Shown piece by piece: positions 1 to 10,254 of a stretch of DNA of 64,000 bases. How positions within the stretch are numbered: the stretch's first letter is position 1; every line of letters begins with the position of its first letter. Below the pieces are notes generated by a model that was not told where the DNA came from, made no database searches, and was given only the letters and a program-made list of their open reading frames with translations. A program made the translations under genes and the position numbers. The stretch comes from Gemmatimonadota bacterium (GTDB taxonomy: Bacteria > Gemmatimonadota > Gemmatimonadetes > Gemmatimonadales > GWC2-71-9), in assembly GCA_009692115.1 (NCBI GenBank), contig SHZU01000001.1:421598-485597 (forward strand), read 5' to 3'.

Positions 1-843
1 CCGCTCCACCCCAAGGTGCTCTCGGAATACACCGCCACCGTGTCGGGCGGCGTCCATAGTGCCTATATCGATAGTCATTATGTGTATTTGAACGACGCCG
101 AAACCGCGTCGCTTCGGGTCATCGACTTTGCCGATCCCAAGAACCCCCGCGAAGTGGGCCGCTGGCAAGTCGAAACCAGCGTGATGCGGACCAGCGCGTC
201 GGGCCAGGTGGAGGGCCGGTCGCTCCACGACCTCCAGATTAAGGATGGACTCGCCTACTTGGCGTACTGGAAAGACGGGCTGGTGATCCTCGATGTCGGC
301 AACGGCCGGAAGGGCGGCAGCCCAGAGAACCCTAAGTTCGTGGCCCAGTACACCTATAATCACGCCGATTACTACCCCGCCGGAATGATCGCCGGAACCC
401 ACTCGGTGTTCCGGTTCGGGAAATACCTGGTGGTGGGCGACGAAGTTTTCCCCGGGTTTTTTGATCTGAACTCGCGGGCCCGAATCAAGACCTTGGGCCG
501 GCTCCACATTCTCGACGTCACCGACATCGAACACCCCAAAAAGGTGGCCGAATATTCGGTGCCGAACGCGGGGTCGCACAACATGTGGGTGGAAGATGAT
601 GTGATGTACGTCGGCAACTTCGAAGCCGGGGTCCGGGCCGTGGACATGAGCGGCGAACTCCGCGGCGACCTCTACGCCCAGGGCCGCGAAATCGGCTCGA
701 TCTGGACCGGGGCGGAAGGCGGCTACCGGGCCAACCTGCCGATGGCGTGGGGCGCCCAACCTCACAAGGGCTACGTCTACGCCACCGACATCAACAGCGG
801 CGTCTGGGTCGGGAAACTGACCCCCAAGCGCCTGGTACCCTAA
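1..843 (+). CDS. LVIVD-repeat beta-propeller protein, 5'-truncated by the window edge
   Basis: The frame is open from nt 1 with no stop before the listed GTG at 16. Stop is TAA 841-843. Recurrent units LRVIDFADPKNPREVG, LVILDVGNG, LHILDVTDIEHPKKVAEY and VRAVDMSG resemble LVIVD repeats. Confidence 0.6.
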   Translation, partial: PLHPKVLSEYTATVSGGVHSAYIDSHYVYLNDAETASLRVIDFADPKNPREVGRWQVETSVMRTSASGQVEGRSLHDLQIKDGLAYLAYWKDGLVILDVGNGRKGGSPENPKFVAQYTYNHADYYPAGMIAGTHSVFRFGKYLVVGDEVFPGFFDLNSRARIKTLGRLHILDVTDIEHPKKVAEYSVPNAGSHNMWVEDDVMYVGNFEAGVRAVDMSGELRGDLYAQGREIGSIWTGAEGGYRANLPMAWGAQPHKGYVYATDINSGVWVGKLTPKRLVP

Positions 844-872
844 CGCCTCCAATTCGTTCAGGAGCCAGGACC

Positions 873-2675
873 ATGACCCGATTCCGCTTGGTACTCGGTG
901 CCCTCGCGGGCCTCACGGCTGGGGCGCACGCGCAAACCGCCAACGGCCCGATTCCGGCTCCCGTCGCCAAGTACCAAGTCGCGATCCAGAAGGACGTGAT
1001 GGTCCCGATGCGCGACGGGATCCGGCTCGCCACCGATATCTACCGCCCCGAAGGCGCCGGCGACCGGCTCCCGGTCATTCTCATGAGGACGCCGTACAAC
1101 AAGGCAACCTACGGCGGGGCCACCGCGCCGGCCGCCTTCTTTGCCAGCCAGGGCTACACGGTGGTGACCCAGGACGTCCGCGGGCAGTACGGCTCGGAAG
1201 GATTCTACCGGGTCCAACTAGCCGACGCCCGCGACGGCTACGACGCGATCGACTGGATCGTCAAGCAGCCCTGGGCCACCGCGAACGTCGGCATGTACGG
1301 TTGCTCCTACCTCGGTGAAGTCCAGTACTTGCTCTCGGCGCGCCGGCACCCCGCGCTCAAGGCCATGATTCCGCAGGCGGCCAGCGGAGCCACCGGATCG
1401 GCCGGCGACTACTATACCAATTTCGGCACCTACGACGGCGGCGCGCTGACCCTGAGTTCAATCTTCGGATGGTTCGGCTTTGCGGGCCATCGGATCAGAG
1501 CCCCGGCCAACACCGCCGTCGGGATCTCGAATGTGCCCAAGATCAACTTTGCCGCGATGCTCAAGACCCTGCCGACGGCCACCTTGGCCGAGCGAGCCGG
1601 GTTTCCACTGAGCGATTTCAAGGACTTCGTGACCCACCCGCCCGCCGACCCGTACTGGGCCCCGATCGGATACTTGAAAGACACCGACGAGTTCGACACC
1701 CCGGCGCTCCACGTCAACTCGTGGCTCGACGTCACGCCGGAGCAAACCCTCCATGTCGCCAATTTGATGCGGATGAACGCGGCGACGGCGCGGGGACGCG
1801 ACAATCAGTTCGTCATCATGTCGCCGACGACGCACTGCGGCAGCGAGCGGGCCGGCAATCCTACCAAGGTGGGCGACCGCGAGTTCGGCGACAGCCGGCA
1901 GCCGTATTTCCAAATCTATCTCGATTGGTTCGATCACTGGCTCAAGGGCGTCGACAACGGCGTCACCAGACGGCCCAAGTTTCAGTACTATGTGATGGGC
2001 GAAAATCGGTGGCGGGAATCGCCGTCGTGGCCGGTGCCCGGCATGAAGCAGGTCAACTACTATCTGAGCGCCACCGGGGCGCTGGAGCCGCGTTTACCGG
2101 TCGGGGGCAGCCAGAACTTCGTCTACGATCCGGCCAATCCCCTGCCCTCTCGTGGCGGCACCATCTGCTGCACCGGCAACCCCGCTGACCAGCCCGGGAT
2201 TTTCGACCAAACCGATCTCGAAACGAGACCCGACCTCCTGGTCTACTCGACCCCGGTGTTAACCAAACCGGTAACCATGGCCGGCACCGTCAGTGCCACG
2301 ATCTATCTCGGATCCAACGCCAAAGACACCGACCTCGTGGCCAAGCTCATCGACGTTGATGAGCAGGGCCGGTCGTGGAACGTGGTGAGCGGGATCAAGC
2401 GGGTGCGGTACCGAAACGGGATGGCCACGCCGGCCTTTATGGAACCGGGTCAGATCTATCCGGTGACCATCAGCCTCAAAGCCACGGCCTACCGATTCCT
2501 CCCGGGGCACCGAATCCGGCTCTGGATCTCGAGCAGTGATTTCCCGATGTACGACCGGAACCTCAACACCGGCGGCGACAACGTCACCGAGACCACCTGG
2601 GTGAAGGCGACGAACACGTTGCACTACGGATCGAAGCAGGCGTCGGTGCTAGTGCTGCCGCTCCTGCCGGAATGA
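873..2675 (+). CDS. CocE/NonD family hydrolase (S15 X-Pro dipeptidyl-peptidase-like), secreted
   Basis: ATG at 873 is preceded by GGAG (861-864). Signal peptide MTRFRLVLGALAGLTAGAHAQ. Motifs LMRTPYNK and GCSYLG (GxSYxG nucleophile), and a C-terminal [12 protein letters not shown] domain. The upstream part of the 747.. ORF is Arg-rich and was rejected. Confidence 0.85.
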   Translation: MTRFRLVLGALAGLTAGAHAQTANGPIPAPVAKYQVAIQKDVMVPMRDGIRLATDIYRPEGAGDRLPVILMRTPYNKATYGGATAPAAFFASQGYTVVTQDVRGQYGSEGFYRVQLADARDGYDAIDWIVKQPWATANVGMYGCSYLGEVQYLLSARRHPALKAMIPQAASGATGSAGDYYTNFGTYDGGALTLSSIFGWFGFAGHRIRAPANTAVGISNVPKINFAAMLKTLPTATLAERAGFPLSDFKDFVTHPPADPYWAPIGYLKDTDEFDTPALHVNSWLDVTPEQTLHVANLMRMNAATARGRDNQFVIMSPTTHCGSERAGNPTKVGDREFGDSRQPYFQIYLDWFDHWLKGVDNGVTRRPKFQYYVMGENRWRESPSWPVPGMKQVNYYLSATGALEPRLPVGGSQNFVYDPANPLPSRGGTICCTGNPADQPGIFDQTDLETRPDLLVYSTPVLTKPVTMAGTVSATIYLGSNAKDTDLVAKLIDVDEQGRSWNVVSGIKRVRYRNGMATPAFMEPGQIYPVTISLKATAYRFLPGHRIRLWISSSDFPMYDRNLNTGGDNVTETTWVKATNTLHYGSKQASVLVLPLLPE

Positions 2676-2846
2676 ATCCCTTCCCGGCCGAGTTCGCGTC
2701 GCGTTAGGCATCGTGCGACGGTAGTTCACCGCGAAGTCCAACGTCGAGCTGGCGGATGAGCGCACCGACCCGCCCCCGCCCGACCCCGGGCCGTGCCATC
2801 CGACCCACGACCTCCCGAACAGCCGGCGATGACCCGATGGCGTCGG

Positions 2847-4268
2847 CTACGACCGCGGCTTCCGCGAGCTGATCACTGGTGCCGTCGGGAGCGCGGCGAG
2901 GTTCACCACCCGGCCGCCTTTGATGACCGAACCGATCCGCCGATAGTTCCGCGCGGCCTCGAGCGGGTTGGCGTCGAGGATCACGAGGTCGCCCGCCTTG
3001 CCCGGTTCCAGCGTGCCGAGTTCCTTATCGAGCTTGTAGGCCTTGGCCACGTTGCTGGTGACCGTCTTGAGGATCTCCATCGGCGCCATCCCGGCTTCCT
3101 CGAACACGGTGAGGGCGTTGAAGTGCCCCTCGCCGAGCTTGGTCCGGGAATCCACCGAGTCGGACACCAGGGTCCGGGAATCGACGACCCGGATCGGATC
3201 GTCGACGCCCGCGTCGGTTGAGACCATCAGCAGCGCGCCGGCCCGGCTCAGGTTCCTGATGTTCTCCGCCGCCATCTTCATGTAGGGCAGGAGCACGCTG
3301 GTCGAATCGGCCTTCTGTTGCGCGGCCATGGCTCGTTTGGTCAGGCCCAGCACGGAAACCCCGACGCCCTTCTCTACGATCTTCCTGATCGTGGCGGGTT
3401 GGATCGGATAGACCGGTCCCGAGATGCTGCCATGGGTCAGGATGTCGACACCGGCGTCGACCGCCATGTCGATGCTCTCGGGTGAGGTGACGTGGGCCTG
3501 GACCGTCATGCCGGCCCGATGACCCTCTTCCACGATCACCTGCTCTTGGCGGGGAGAAAAGGTGAGAAAATCCATGTCTTGGTGGCCACTCCCGCCGAAC
3601 TTGAGGAAGTCGACGCCGAGCCCGGTGTACTTCCGGATCGCGGCCCGGAGAGTGTCGGGCGGCATCCAGAGGAGGGCCCGACCGGTGCCCTGTTCCCACG
3701 TTTCGTTGATCCGTTTGGCAAACGACTTCGTCACCCAGGCGGCCGCGGGGGCGATGAAGTCCGGGCCGAGGGGACCGCTGAAACCGATGATGTTCCCGGC
3801 GAGATAGATCCGCGCCCCTTCCGCCTGGCCGGCGTTGATCTGGTCGCGGACCTTGATCAACGCCGCCCGCGGGCCCCAGGTGTCGAACACCGTCGTCTGG
3901 CCGGTCTTGAGCGCGATCTGGGCGCCTTCGAGCACGATCTTGTCGTACTGGTCCTCGAACAGAATCAGATGCTCGAGGTTGATATTGAGGTCGAGGTGCA
4001 GATTGGCGTCCATCATTCCGGGAATCACCCATTTCCCGCGGGCGTCCACCCGGGTCACGTCACCCGGAATCGCAACCGTGGCGGCGGGGCCGACCGCCGT
4101 CACTTTCCCGTTCCGGATCACGATGACGCCGTCGGCGATCGGTGCCCGGCCGGTGCCGTCGATGATCGTGGCGCCGGTCACGGCGAGATTTTGAGCCGCG
4201 ACCGGGCGGCCGGCGGACGCGAGCACGACGACGCCGAGCACGGCGGCTCGGCGAGGAAAGTGAGCCAT
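2847..4268 (-). CDS. Amidohydrolase family protein (metal-dependent hydrolase), secreted
   Basis: Signal peptide MAHFPRRAAVLGVVVLASAGRPVAAQ. N-terminal TIIDGTG...IRNGKV beta-sandwich, PGMMDANLHLD metal-site region, and C-terminal GTLEPGKAGDLVILDANP motif. Confidence 0.8.
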   Translation of the reverse strand: MAHFPRRAAVLGVVVLASAGRPVAAQNLAVTGATIIDGTGRAPIADGVIVIRNGKVTAVGPAATVAIPGDVTRVDARGKWVIPGMMDANLHLDLNINLEHLILFEDQYDKIVLEGAQIALKTGQTTVFDTWGPRAALIKVRDQINAGQAEGARIYLAGNIIGFSGPLGPDFIAPAAAWVTKSFAKRINETWEQGTGRALLWMPPDTLRAAIRKYTGLGVDFLKFGGSGHQDMDFLTFSPRQEQVIVEEGHRAGMTVQAHVTSPESIDMAVDAGVDILTHGSISGPVYPIQPATIRKIVEKGVGVSVLGLTKRAMAAQQKADSTSVLLPYMKMAAENIRNLSRAGALLMVSTDAGVDDPIRVVDSRTLVSDSVDSRTKLGEGHFNALTVFEEAGMAPMEILKTVTSNVAKAYKLDKELGTLEPGKAGDLVILDANPLEAARNYRRIGSVIKGGRVVNLAALPTAPVISSRKPRS

Positions 4269-4458
4269 GGTTGATCCTGGGTGAACGGTTGGTGGCCGAG
4301 CTTACGGATTCAAGCTACGCCGTCTCGGCTCGGCCGACCAGGCCGACGAGGACCGGGAAGAGCGGCGCGGGGCCACCATCACCGGCTCCGGGCTCGGCCA
4401 ACCTACCGGGCCGGGCTGGCGGTATGGAACGAATGATCCGGTTCCGCTCCCCAGCCCC

Positions 4459-5895
4459 TCAACGGACGAGACCGCGGGCCGGCCGCCCCGGGAACTCGCG
4501 GTCCTGAAGCGCACCATCGACAACCACCAGGACCCCATTCACGAGCACATAGCGGAAGCCGACCGAGGGAAGCGCCGGCTCCTGGTAGGTGGCCTTGTCG
4601 ATCACCGTCTTGGGATCGAACACCGTGATGTCCGCATCGGCCCCGACCCGGATCCGGCCCTTGTTCTTGAACATCGGCGCCACCCGCTCCAACCGCACCG
4701 CCGGCATCAGCGCCATCTTCCGGATCGCGTCCATCAAGCCGATCTGCTTGGTCTCCCGGACATAGTAGCCGAGGGTCCGGCCACTGGTGCCCGCGGTGCG
4801 CGGGTGACCCTTGCCCTGGCGGAGCCCGCCGTCGCTCGCGATCGCGGTGAGCGGACTCGTCATCGCCATCGCTTCCATCTCCGGCGTGTTCAGGAAGAGC
4901 ACCACCGAGGCCCCGGGCACCCGCTTGGCCGCGAAGGTTTCGCGGGTCAGTCGTTCGCCGGTGCTGACCAGCATCAGCTTGGCAAACATGCTGTCGGGCC
5001 CGCCCACGAACCGGTCGAGGAGCGGTGAACTGATTTCGGTGAGCCCCGCGCTATACGGATAGGCCTCCGCCGTGATGTCTTGCCCATTGGCACGCGCTTC
5101 GGCCACCAGGGCAAGGGTGGCAGGAGTCGACTCCAGGCTCGAACTGTTGAGATGCACGATATGGAGCGGCGCCCCGGTGATCGCACTGGCCGCGATCACC
5201 TCCATATAGGACTCCACCGAACTCCCCGGATCGGTGGTGCCCCACGACCGGGTATGGACGAACGCCGGGGCGTGATACTTGGCCGCGGCGCGGAACGCCT
5301 CGAGGACCTCGAACTTGCTGGCCCCCGGCGTATACTGGAGCCCGAAGCCGACGCCGACGCCACCGGCCGCCAAGCCGGCATCGATCCGCCGCTTGATCTC
5401 GGCGATCTGCTCGGCCGTGGCGGCGTCGCGCCCGCCGGCCCCGACCGGCAGGAAGAGGCCGGGGTCCTTCATCACCGCCATCCGGTGCGGAATGTGTCCG
5501 ACCGACGCCCCGAAGTTGATCCGCGCCGTGCCGGTGCGGGCGGCGTAGAAGCCCGGAATGTCCGCCACCCCGACCTCGAGTTCGAGGGCGGTGGTCACCC
5601 CGTCCATCGCGAAGATCCGGTAGTTCTCGTCGTCCTGGCCATGGGCATGGAGATCGATGAATCCCGGCGCCACGACCAGTCCTTTGGCGTCGATCATGGT
5701 CTTGCCCTTCAGGGGCCCCGCCGCGATTGCCACGATCTTGCCGCCCCGGATTCCAATCGACCGGACGGCGTCGAGTTTCGACTCGGGATCCATCACCCGA
5801 CCGCCTGAAATGACGACGTCAAACCCGGCCCGCTGCGCCATCGCGGCCGAGTTCGGGGATCCCAGAATGGCCAGGGCCAACAGGGCGTTACGCAT
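4459..5895 (-). CDS. D-aminoacylase-type amidohydrolase (N-acyl-D-amino-acid deacylase family)
   Basis: I chose ATG 5895 (MRNALLALAILGSPNSAAMAQ), which has GGAGAA 6 nt upstream. Motifs PGFIDLHAHGQDD and IASDGG, and C-terminal GRIRVGADADITVFDP. Paralogue of 32652..34088. Confidence 0.8.
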   Translation of the reverse strand: MRNALLALAILGSPNSAAMAQRAGFDVVISGGRVMDPESKLDAVRSIGIRGGKIVAIAAGPLKGKTMIDAKGLVVAPGFIDLHAHGQDDENYRIFAMDGVTTALELEVGVADIPGFYAARTGTARINFGASVGHIPHRMAVMKDPGLFLPVGAGGRDAATAEQIAEIKRRIDAGLAAGGVGVGFGLQYTPGASKFEVLEAFRAAAKYHAPAFVHTRSWGTTDPGSSVESYMEVIAASAITGAPLHIVHLNSSSLESTPATLALVAEARANGQDITAEAYPYSAGLTEISSPLLDRFVGGPDSMFAKLMLVSTGERLTRETFAAKRVPGASVVLFLNTPEMEAMAMTSPLTAIASDGGLRQGKGHPRTAGTSGRTLGYYVRETKQIGLMDAIRKMALMPAVRLERVAPMFKNKGRIRVGADADITVFDPKTVIDKATYQEPALPSVGFRYVLVNGVLVVVDGALQDREFPGRPARGLVR

Positions 5896-6053
5896 TCGCA
5901 ATTCTCCGGATGGAAAGGACTTCGGGAGCGCCACGGGCCAACGATACCCGATCAGTTATCCCATCGGAAGGCCATCGCCGATTGCGCCGGAACACCGGAA
6001 AGCCGGAACGCCCGGCGGCCGAATGCCGCGAGCGCCCGGCTCGAGGGGGGGTG

Positions 6054-6535
6054 TTACGGGGTTTGAGTGACGGTGACTCCGGCGTTATTGACAATCGTCC
6101 CGCCGATATTGCCCGTCAGCGTGACGGTGATCAGCGCCAGGGACCCGATGCCAGTCGTTCCCTGATCCGCCCGGATACCGGCCCCGGTGTTGGCCGACAC
6201 GGTGGTTTTCTTGACGGTCGCCACGAGGTCGCCGGTGCTGTTTTCGTCGAAGTCGATCCCGATCCCGGCATTGGTGCCGCTGGTCGACTGATCGACGGTT
6301 GCGGTCAGGATCCCGGCATCGTCCTCTCGGACGGCAATCCCGGCAGTTCCGTTGCCCGACGAGGTCGCCGGTTCGATCGTGGTCGAGAGATCGCCGGTGC
6401 CCTGTTCGCGGAGACTGATCCCACCGGTCAGGTTGCCGTTCGTCTCGGCGCCGCAATGGCGGTGGTCTGAGCCAGCGCCGGGCCGGCGGCCAACGCAAAT
6501 GCGGCGTGAACCCACAGGCGTGTCCGACACATCAT
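6054..6535 (-). pseudogene. Small secreted Gly/Thr-rich repeat (beta-solenoid-like) protein; signal peptide and body are in different frames
   Basis: GGAGG plus a 7-nt spacer, then ATGATG at 6535, encodes MMCRTRLWVHAAFALAAGPALAQTTA and stops at 6428. The 158-aa ORF (6054..6530) carries the repeat body in the -1 frame. About 27-aa units: GNLTGGISLREQGTGDLSTTIEPATSS / GNGTAGIAVREDDAGILTATVDQSTSG / TNAGIGIDFDENSTGDLVATVKKTTVS. Confidence 0.45.
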
Positions 6536-6567
6536 CGCCTAACCTCCCCCATCTCGAGCCATCCGGC

Positions 6568-8088
6568 TCAGGGGACCGGCTGGCGCCGGATGATCTGACG
6601 GGCGCTCTCCGGATTCCACTCCGGCCGCTCGGTGCGATTGGCCACCGCCAGCGCCGTCTCGAAAATCAGCCGGACCACCCGGGCTTGCTTCTCGGCGTCA
6701 ATCTTGTCCGGTGAGTCCGTGACCGCGTGATAATCCGGATGAAAACCATTGGTGAAAAACAGGATCGGCACCCCGTTCCGGGCAAAGTTGTAGTGGTCGG
6801 ACCGGAAATAGATCCGCTCCGTCGGCCACTGGTCCGGCAGCACCCCGACACCGAGGCCCCGGTTGGCGGCTGCGGTCCGGTCGACGGTGGCGCCGAGGTC
6901 CGAATGCTCCCGGCCGATCACGACGATCGAATCCCGCCAGTTTCGGCCCAGGTGATCCATGTTGATGTTGGCCACGATCCGCTCGATCGGGACGGTCGGG
7001 TGTTTCGCGTAGTACTCGCTGCCCCAGAGGCCCCGCTCTTCGCCGCTCACCGCCACGAACAACATCGATCGCCGGGGCCGGGCAGCCGGGTTCGCGAATG
7101 CCTCCGCCAGTTCCAGCAGACCGGTGGTGCCGGAGCCGTTGTCGTCGGCCCCGTTGCAGATCGAGTCCGCGGGCGTGACGCCGCGGCACCGCGAACCGAC
7201 GTGGTCGAAGTGGGCCGAGATGGCGACGTATTCGTCCCGGAGCGCCGGATCGGTTCCCCGGATGATCCCGACGACGTTAGGTACTTCGCTGCGTTCGTCG
7301 CGGGAGTAGGCCATCGCCGCGGTGGCGGTCCAGGCCGGCGCCGGAACGACCAGGACCTCGGGGGCGGCCCGAGCCGCCTCGATCGCGCCGGCCACCTCCG
7401 GGACCTGGGCGATCAGGGCCGACTCCCGGATCGCGATCACCGCGGGCCACCCGACCGACTCGGCCGTGGCGATCCCAGCGACCTGCCCGCGGAGCCGGTC
7501 GAAGGCACTGTCGCTGTTGACCGAGAAGATGACCAGCGCGGCTCCCGCGTTGGCGGCGGCGATCAGCACCTGACCGGTGTTCGGCGCCTTGCCCCGCCAG
7601 TCCGTCACCCAGTGGAGCACTCGCCCATCGACGGCCGCCCGGTCCAACTCGGTGGTCGGTCCGATCGGCCCACCACCCAGGGCGAGCCCTCGGGTGGTCA
7701 CCAGCTCGACCGGTGAGCCGGACACCAACTTCGCGTTGTCGGTGAAGGTGAAGACGGCCCGCCGGGTCCCGGTATCGACAATGGTGAACTTCGACGCGGC
7801 AGCATCCAAGGTTCGAAGCCGGATCGCATACCGCTGGAAGTAGCCGCCGTCCCCGGCCGGCACGAGCTTGTTGCGGGCGAACTCCCGCGCGATGTACTGC
7901 GCCGTGGTCTCGAGGCCCCGGCTCGGCGTGTCGCGGCCGCCCATGGAGTCGTCCGCGATGATGAAGACCCGGCGGCGGACATCCGCTTCGGTGATGGTGG
8001 CGGCGGCACGGGGCGCGCCGGACTGGGCCGTGGCAATGCCGACCGGCATCAGCGACGCGGCCAGGAGCAATCGAGTCAAAGTCGTCAT
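6568..8088 (-). CDS. M28 family metallopeptidase with PA-domain insert, secreted
   Basis: Signal peptide MTTLTRLLLAASLMPVGIATAQ. Motifs HFDHVG, DDNGSGTTGLLELAEAF, SGEERGLWGSEYY and DYHAVTDSPDKID. Confidence 0.85.
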   Translation of the reverse strand: MTTLTRLLLAASLMPVGIATAQSGAPRAAATITEADVRRRVFIIADDSMGGRDTPSRGLETTAQYIAREFARNKLVPAGDGGYFQRYAIRLRTLDAAASKFTIVDTGTRRAVFTFTDNAKLVSGSPVELVTTRGLALGGGPIGPTTELDRAAVDGRVLHWVTDWRGKAPNTGQVLIAAANAGAALVIFSVNSDSAFDRLRGQVAGIATAESVGWPAVIAIRESALIAQVPEVAGAIEAARAAPEVLVVPAPAWTATAAMAYSRDERSEVPNVVGIIRGTDPALRDEYVAISAHFDHVGSRCRGVTPADSICNGADDNGSGTTGLLELAEAFANPAARPRRSMLFVAVSGEERGLWGSEYYAKHPTVPIERIVANINMDHLGRNWRDSIVVIGREHSDLGATVDRTAAANRGLGVGVLPDQWPTERIYFRSDHYNFARNGVPILFFTNGFHPDYHAVTDSPDKIDAEKQARVVRLIFETALAVANRTERPEWNPESARQIIRRQPVP

Positions 8089-8094
8089 CGTTCT

Positions 8095-8583
8095 CTACCG
8101 CCTGCTGTCCCACAGCCGTTTGAGTAACTGGATCTGTCCGGTATGATAGGCATCGTGCATCGCCACTCCGATCAACATTTGCCCGAAGGGCCACCGCTTC
8201 CCCACCACCGGAATGTGTCCCAATTTGCCCGGCGAAAACGCAGCGATCGCCTCGGCGAGGAGCCGATGTTCCGCCGCCAGCAGCGCGCGGTCGGCCTTCC
8301 AGAGGGCCTCGTCGGCACGGCGCGGCACCACCGGGAAGTTAGCCGGGTGGCGCGGGAAGCGCGGAATCAGCCTGCGTACCAGGTGCCGCCGGATGGTGTA
8401 CTTCCAATAGGCGATGTACAGGGTGAGCCCCCAGATGCTGGCCCGACCGGGGGCCGGCGTCCAGTGGGCCGCGGCCGCGCTCACGCCTCGCACCGCGCCG
8501 ACCGGAGTCGGGCCGCCATGCCATGCCTGGCCTCGTGCCGGGGCGAGGGTATCTCCAATGGGTCCCACGGCTGCACGGGTCAT
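8095..8583 (-). CDS. DinB-family protein
   Basis: 162 aa. WHGGP near the N-terminus and C-terminal MHDAYHTGQIQLLKRL are typical of DinB_2 four-helix-bundle proteins. Lies 6 nt upstream of the M28 gene on the same strand. Confidence 0.7.
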   Translation of the reverse strand: MTRAAVGPIGDTLAPARGQAWHGGPTPVGAVRGVSAAAAHWTPAPGRASIWGLTLYIAYWKYTIRRHLVRRLIPRFPRHPANFPVVPRRADEALWKADRALLAAEHRLLAEAIAAFSPGKLGHIPVVGKRWPFGQMLIGVAMHDAYHTGQIQLLKRLWDSRR

Positions 8584-8751
8584 GGCTGACTCTCCAGTGG
8601 GGATGTTGCTTTGGATACTCGGAACCTACGCGGCGCGCAACCCGGTGTCGACTCAGGTCTGGCACTCGGGCGGATTGTCGGCGCGGCCGATATATTCGGC
8701 CGTGACCGAGACCCTCGCCCGCCGGGCATTCATCCTTCCAAGAATCCGACA

Positions 8752-10188
8752 ATGACGTCCACCACGTTCAGTGCGATGCTGTCCTGCCTGCTGATCGTAT
8801 TGGGCAGTGCGCCGGCCATGGGGCAGCAAGCCCGAGATCCGGATTCTGGCGCCAGGGTCGACCGCTTGGTCGAGGGCTATCGAGTCGGACGCCATGTGCC
8901 CGGCATCGCGATCGCGGTGGTCCGGAGCGGCACGGTCATCAAAGCGAAGGGATACGGCTTCGCCAATCTGGAGCTCAAGGCGCCGGTGACCCCCGCGACG
9001 GTGTTCGGCCTGGGCTCGATCTCGAAGCAGTTCACCGCCACGGCCATCATGCAGTTGGTCGAAGACGGCAAGGTCAGACTCGACGATCCGGTCACCCGCT
9101 ACCTCGACTCGCTGCCCCCGCACTGGGGCCGGATCACCGTCCGTCAGCTGCTGACCCACACCTCGGGGATTCCGGAGGAGCACTGGCTCCCGAACTTCGT
9201 CGAGTTCGACCGCTTCGAACACCATCAACTCGACGTCCTCCGAACCATCTTCGCCGACTCGCTTCAGTCGGAACCCGGCGCCGTCTGGGCCTATCGGAAC
9301 AGCGGCTACCGGATGCTCGGCATGATTGTCGAGAAGGCCTCGGGCGAGTCGTACTGGGCCTTCATGGAGCGCCGGATCTTCACCCCGCTCCGCATGACGG
9401 CCACCCGGAGCAGCGATCCAAAGTCGCTGATTCCGCACCGGGCCCGGGGCTACGGCAAGGAACGGGGGCGGGTGGTGAACCGAGACGCCGTGACCGAGTC
9501 GGCTGCGTTTTCAGAGGGCGCGCTGATGTCGTCGGTCCTCGATCTCGCCCGGTGGGACTCGTCCCTTTACCGCCCCCGGGTGCTCACCCCGGCGAGTCTC
9601 GACCAGATGTGGACGCCGGTCACGCTCACGAATGGGCAGTCGTATCCGTATGGATTTGGCTGGATGGTGGCCCCGACCAACGGACTCCGAACCGTGGGAC
9701 ACGGCGGGAGTCTCCCGGGGTTCCTCACCAACTTCTCGCGGTTCGTCGCCAAGGGGCTCACCGTCGTGGTGTTAGGCAACGCCGAGTGGGCCGATCCCGC
9801 GGCCCTCGCCCAGGCGATTGCCGGGATCTATGAACCGGAGCTCGCACCGAAACCGCCGGCGGCGATTGACGACGCCGATCCCGGGTTCAGTGCCGGCATC
9901 CGGACCTTGGCCGACGGCCTCAGACGGGGCGAGCTGGACTTAAGCCGGTTGGCACCCGACGCCAGAGACGAATGGTCGGCCGGCGCGGTGAACGAGGCGG
10001 CCGCGTTGCTTCGTCGGGGCGGCCGGATCCGGCAGTTCGAACTAGTGGGGCGGCTCGATCGCGGTGGCCTGGCCCGCCGGCGCTACCGGATGGTCATGGA
10101 TCGGGGGGCGTTGGTAGTGACGGTCCTGACTCGGGGCACGGACCCTCTGCTCTCGTTGACCCTCGAGGAGGCTCTCGCGAGTAGGTAG
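8752..10188 (+). CDS. Serine hydrolase, beta-lactamase/transpeptidase-like family, secreted
   Basis: ATG 8752 gives signal peptide MTSTTFSAMLSCLLIVLGSAPAMGQQ. SxxK motif is SISKQF, followed by YRNSGY and HGGSLPGF. Confidence 0.85.
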   Translation: MTSTTFSAMLSCLLIVLGSAPAMGQQARDPDSGARVDRLVEGYRVGRHVPGIAIAVVRSGTVIKAKGYGFANLELKAPVTPATVFGLGSISKQFTATAIMQLVEDGKVRLDDPVTRYLDSLPPHWGRITVRQLLTHTSGIPEEHWLPNFVEFDRFEHHQLDVLRTIFADSLQSEPGAVWAYRNSGYRMLGMIVEKASGESYWAFMERRIFTPLRMTATRSSDPKSLIPHRARGYGKERGRVVNRDAVTESAAFSEGALMSSVLDLARWDSSLYRPRVLTPASLDQMWTPVTLTNGQSYPYGFGWMVAPTNGLRTVGHGGSLPGFLTNFSRFVAKGLTVVVLGNAEWADPAALAQAIAGIYEPELAPKPPAAIDDADPGFSAGIRTLADGLRRGELDLSRLAPDARDEWSAGAVNEAAALLRRGGRIRQFELVGRLDRGGLARRRYRMVMDRGALVVTVLTRGTDPLLSLTLEEALASR

Positions 10189-10254
10189 GCCTGCTCTACG
10201 TCCCCGCCGGGGGGCAGAAGGAGGGTGACGCGGATCCGGATTGGATGGTGCGGA

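Noticed and set aside
2702-2797. 32-codon minus-strand ORF (MARPGVGRGRVGALIRQLDVGLRGELPSHDA) in the convergent spacer between the CocE/NonD and amidohydrolase genes.
   Set aside because: It is too short, has no ribosome-binding site, and the composition of its first half looks like noise. It could be a gene remnant, but I cannot support any assignment.
6428-6470. Programmed -1 ribosomal frameshifting as the explanation for the two leader/mature-domain frame breaks (here and at about 42462-42470).
   Set aside because: Neither site has a slippery X_XXY_YYZ heptamer or an obvious downstream stem-loop or pseudoknot. Other genes in the window are broken by +1 shifts or truncations, so simple indels or assembly errors are the more economical explanation.
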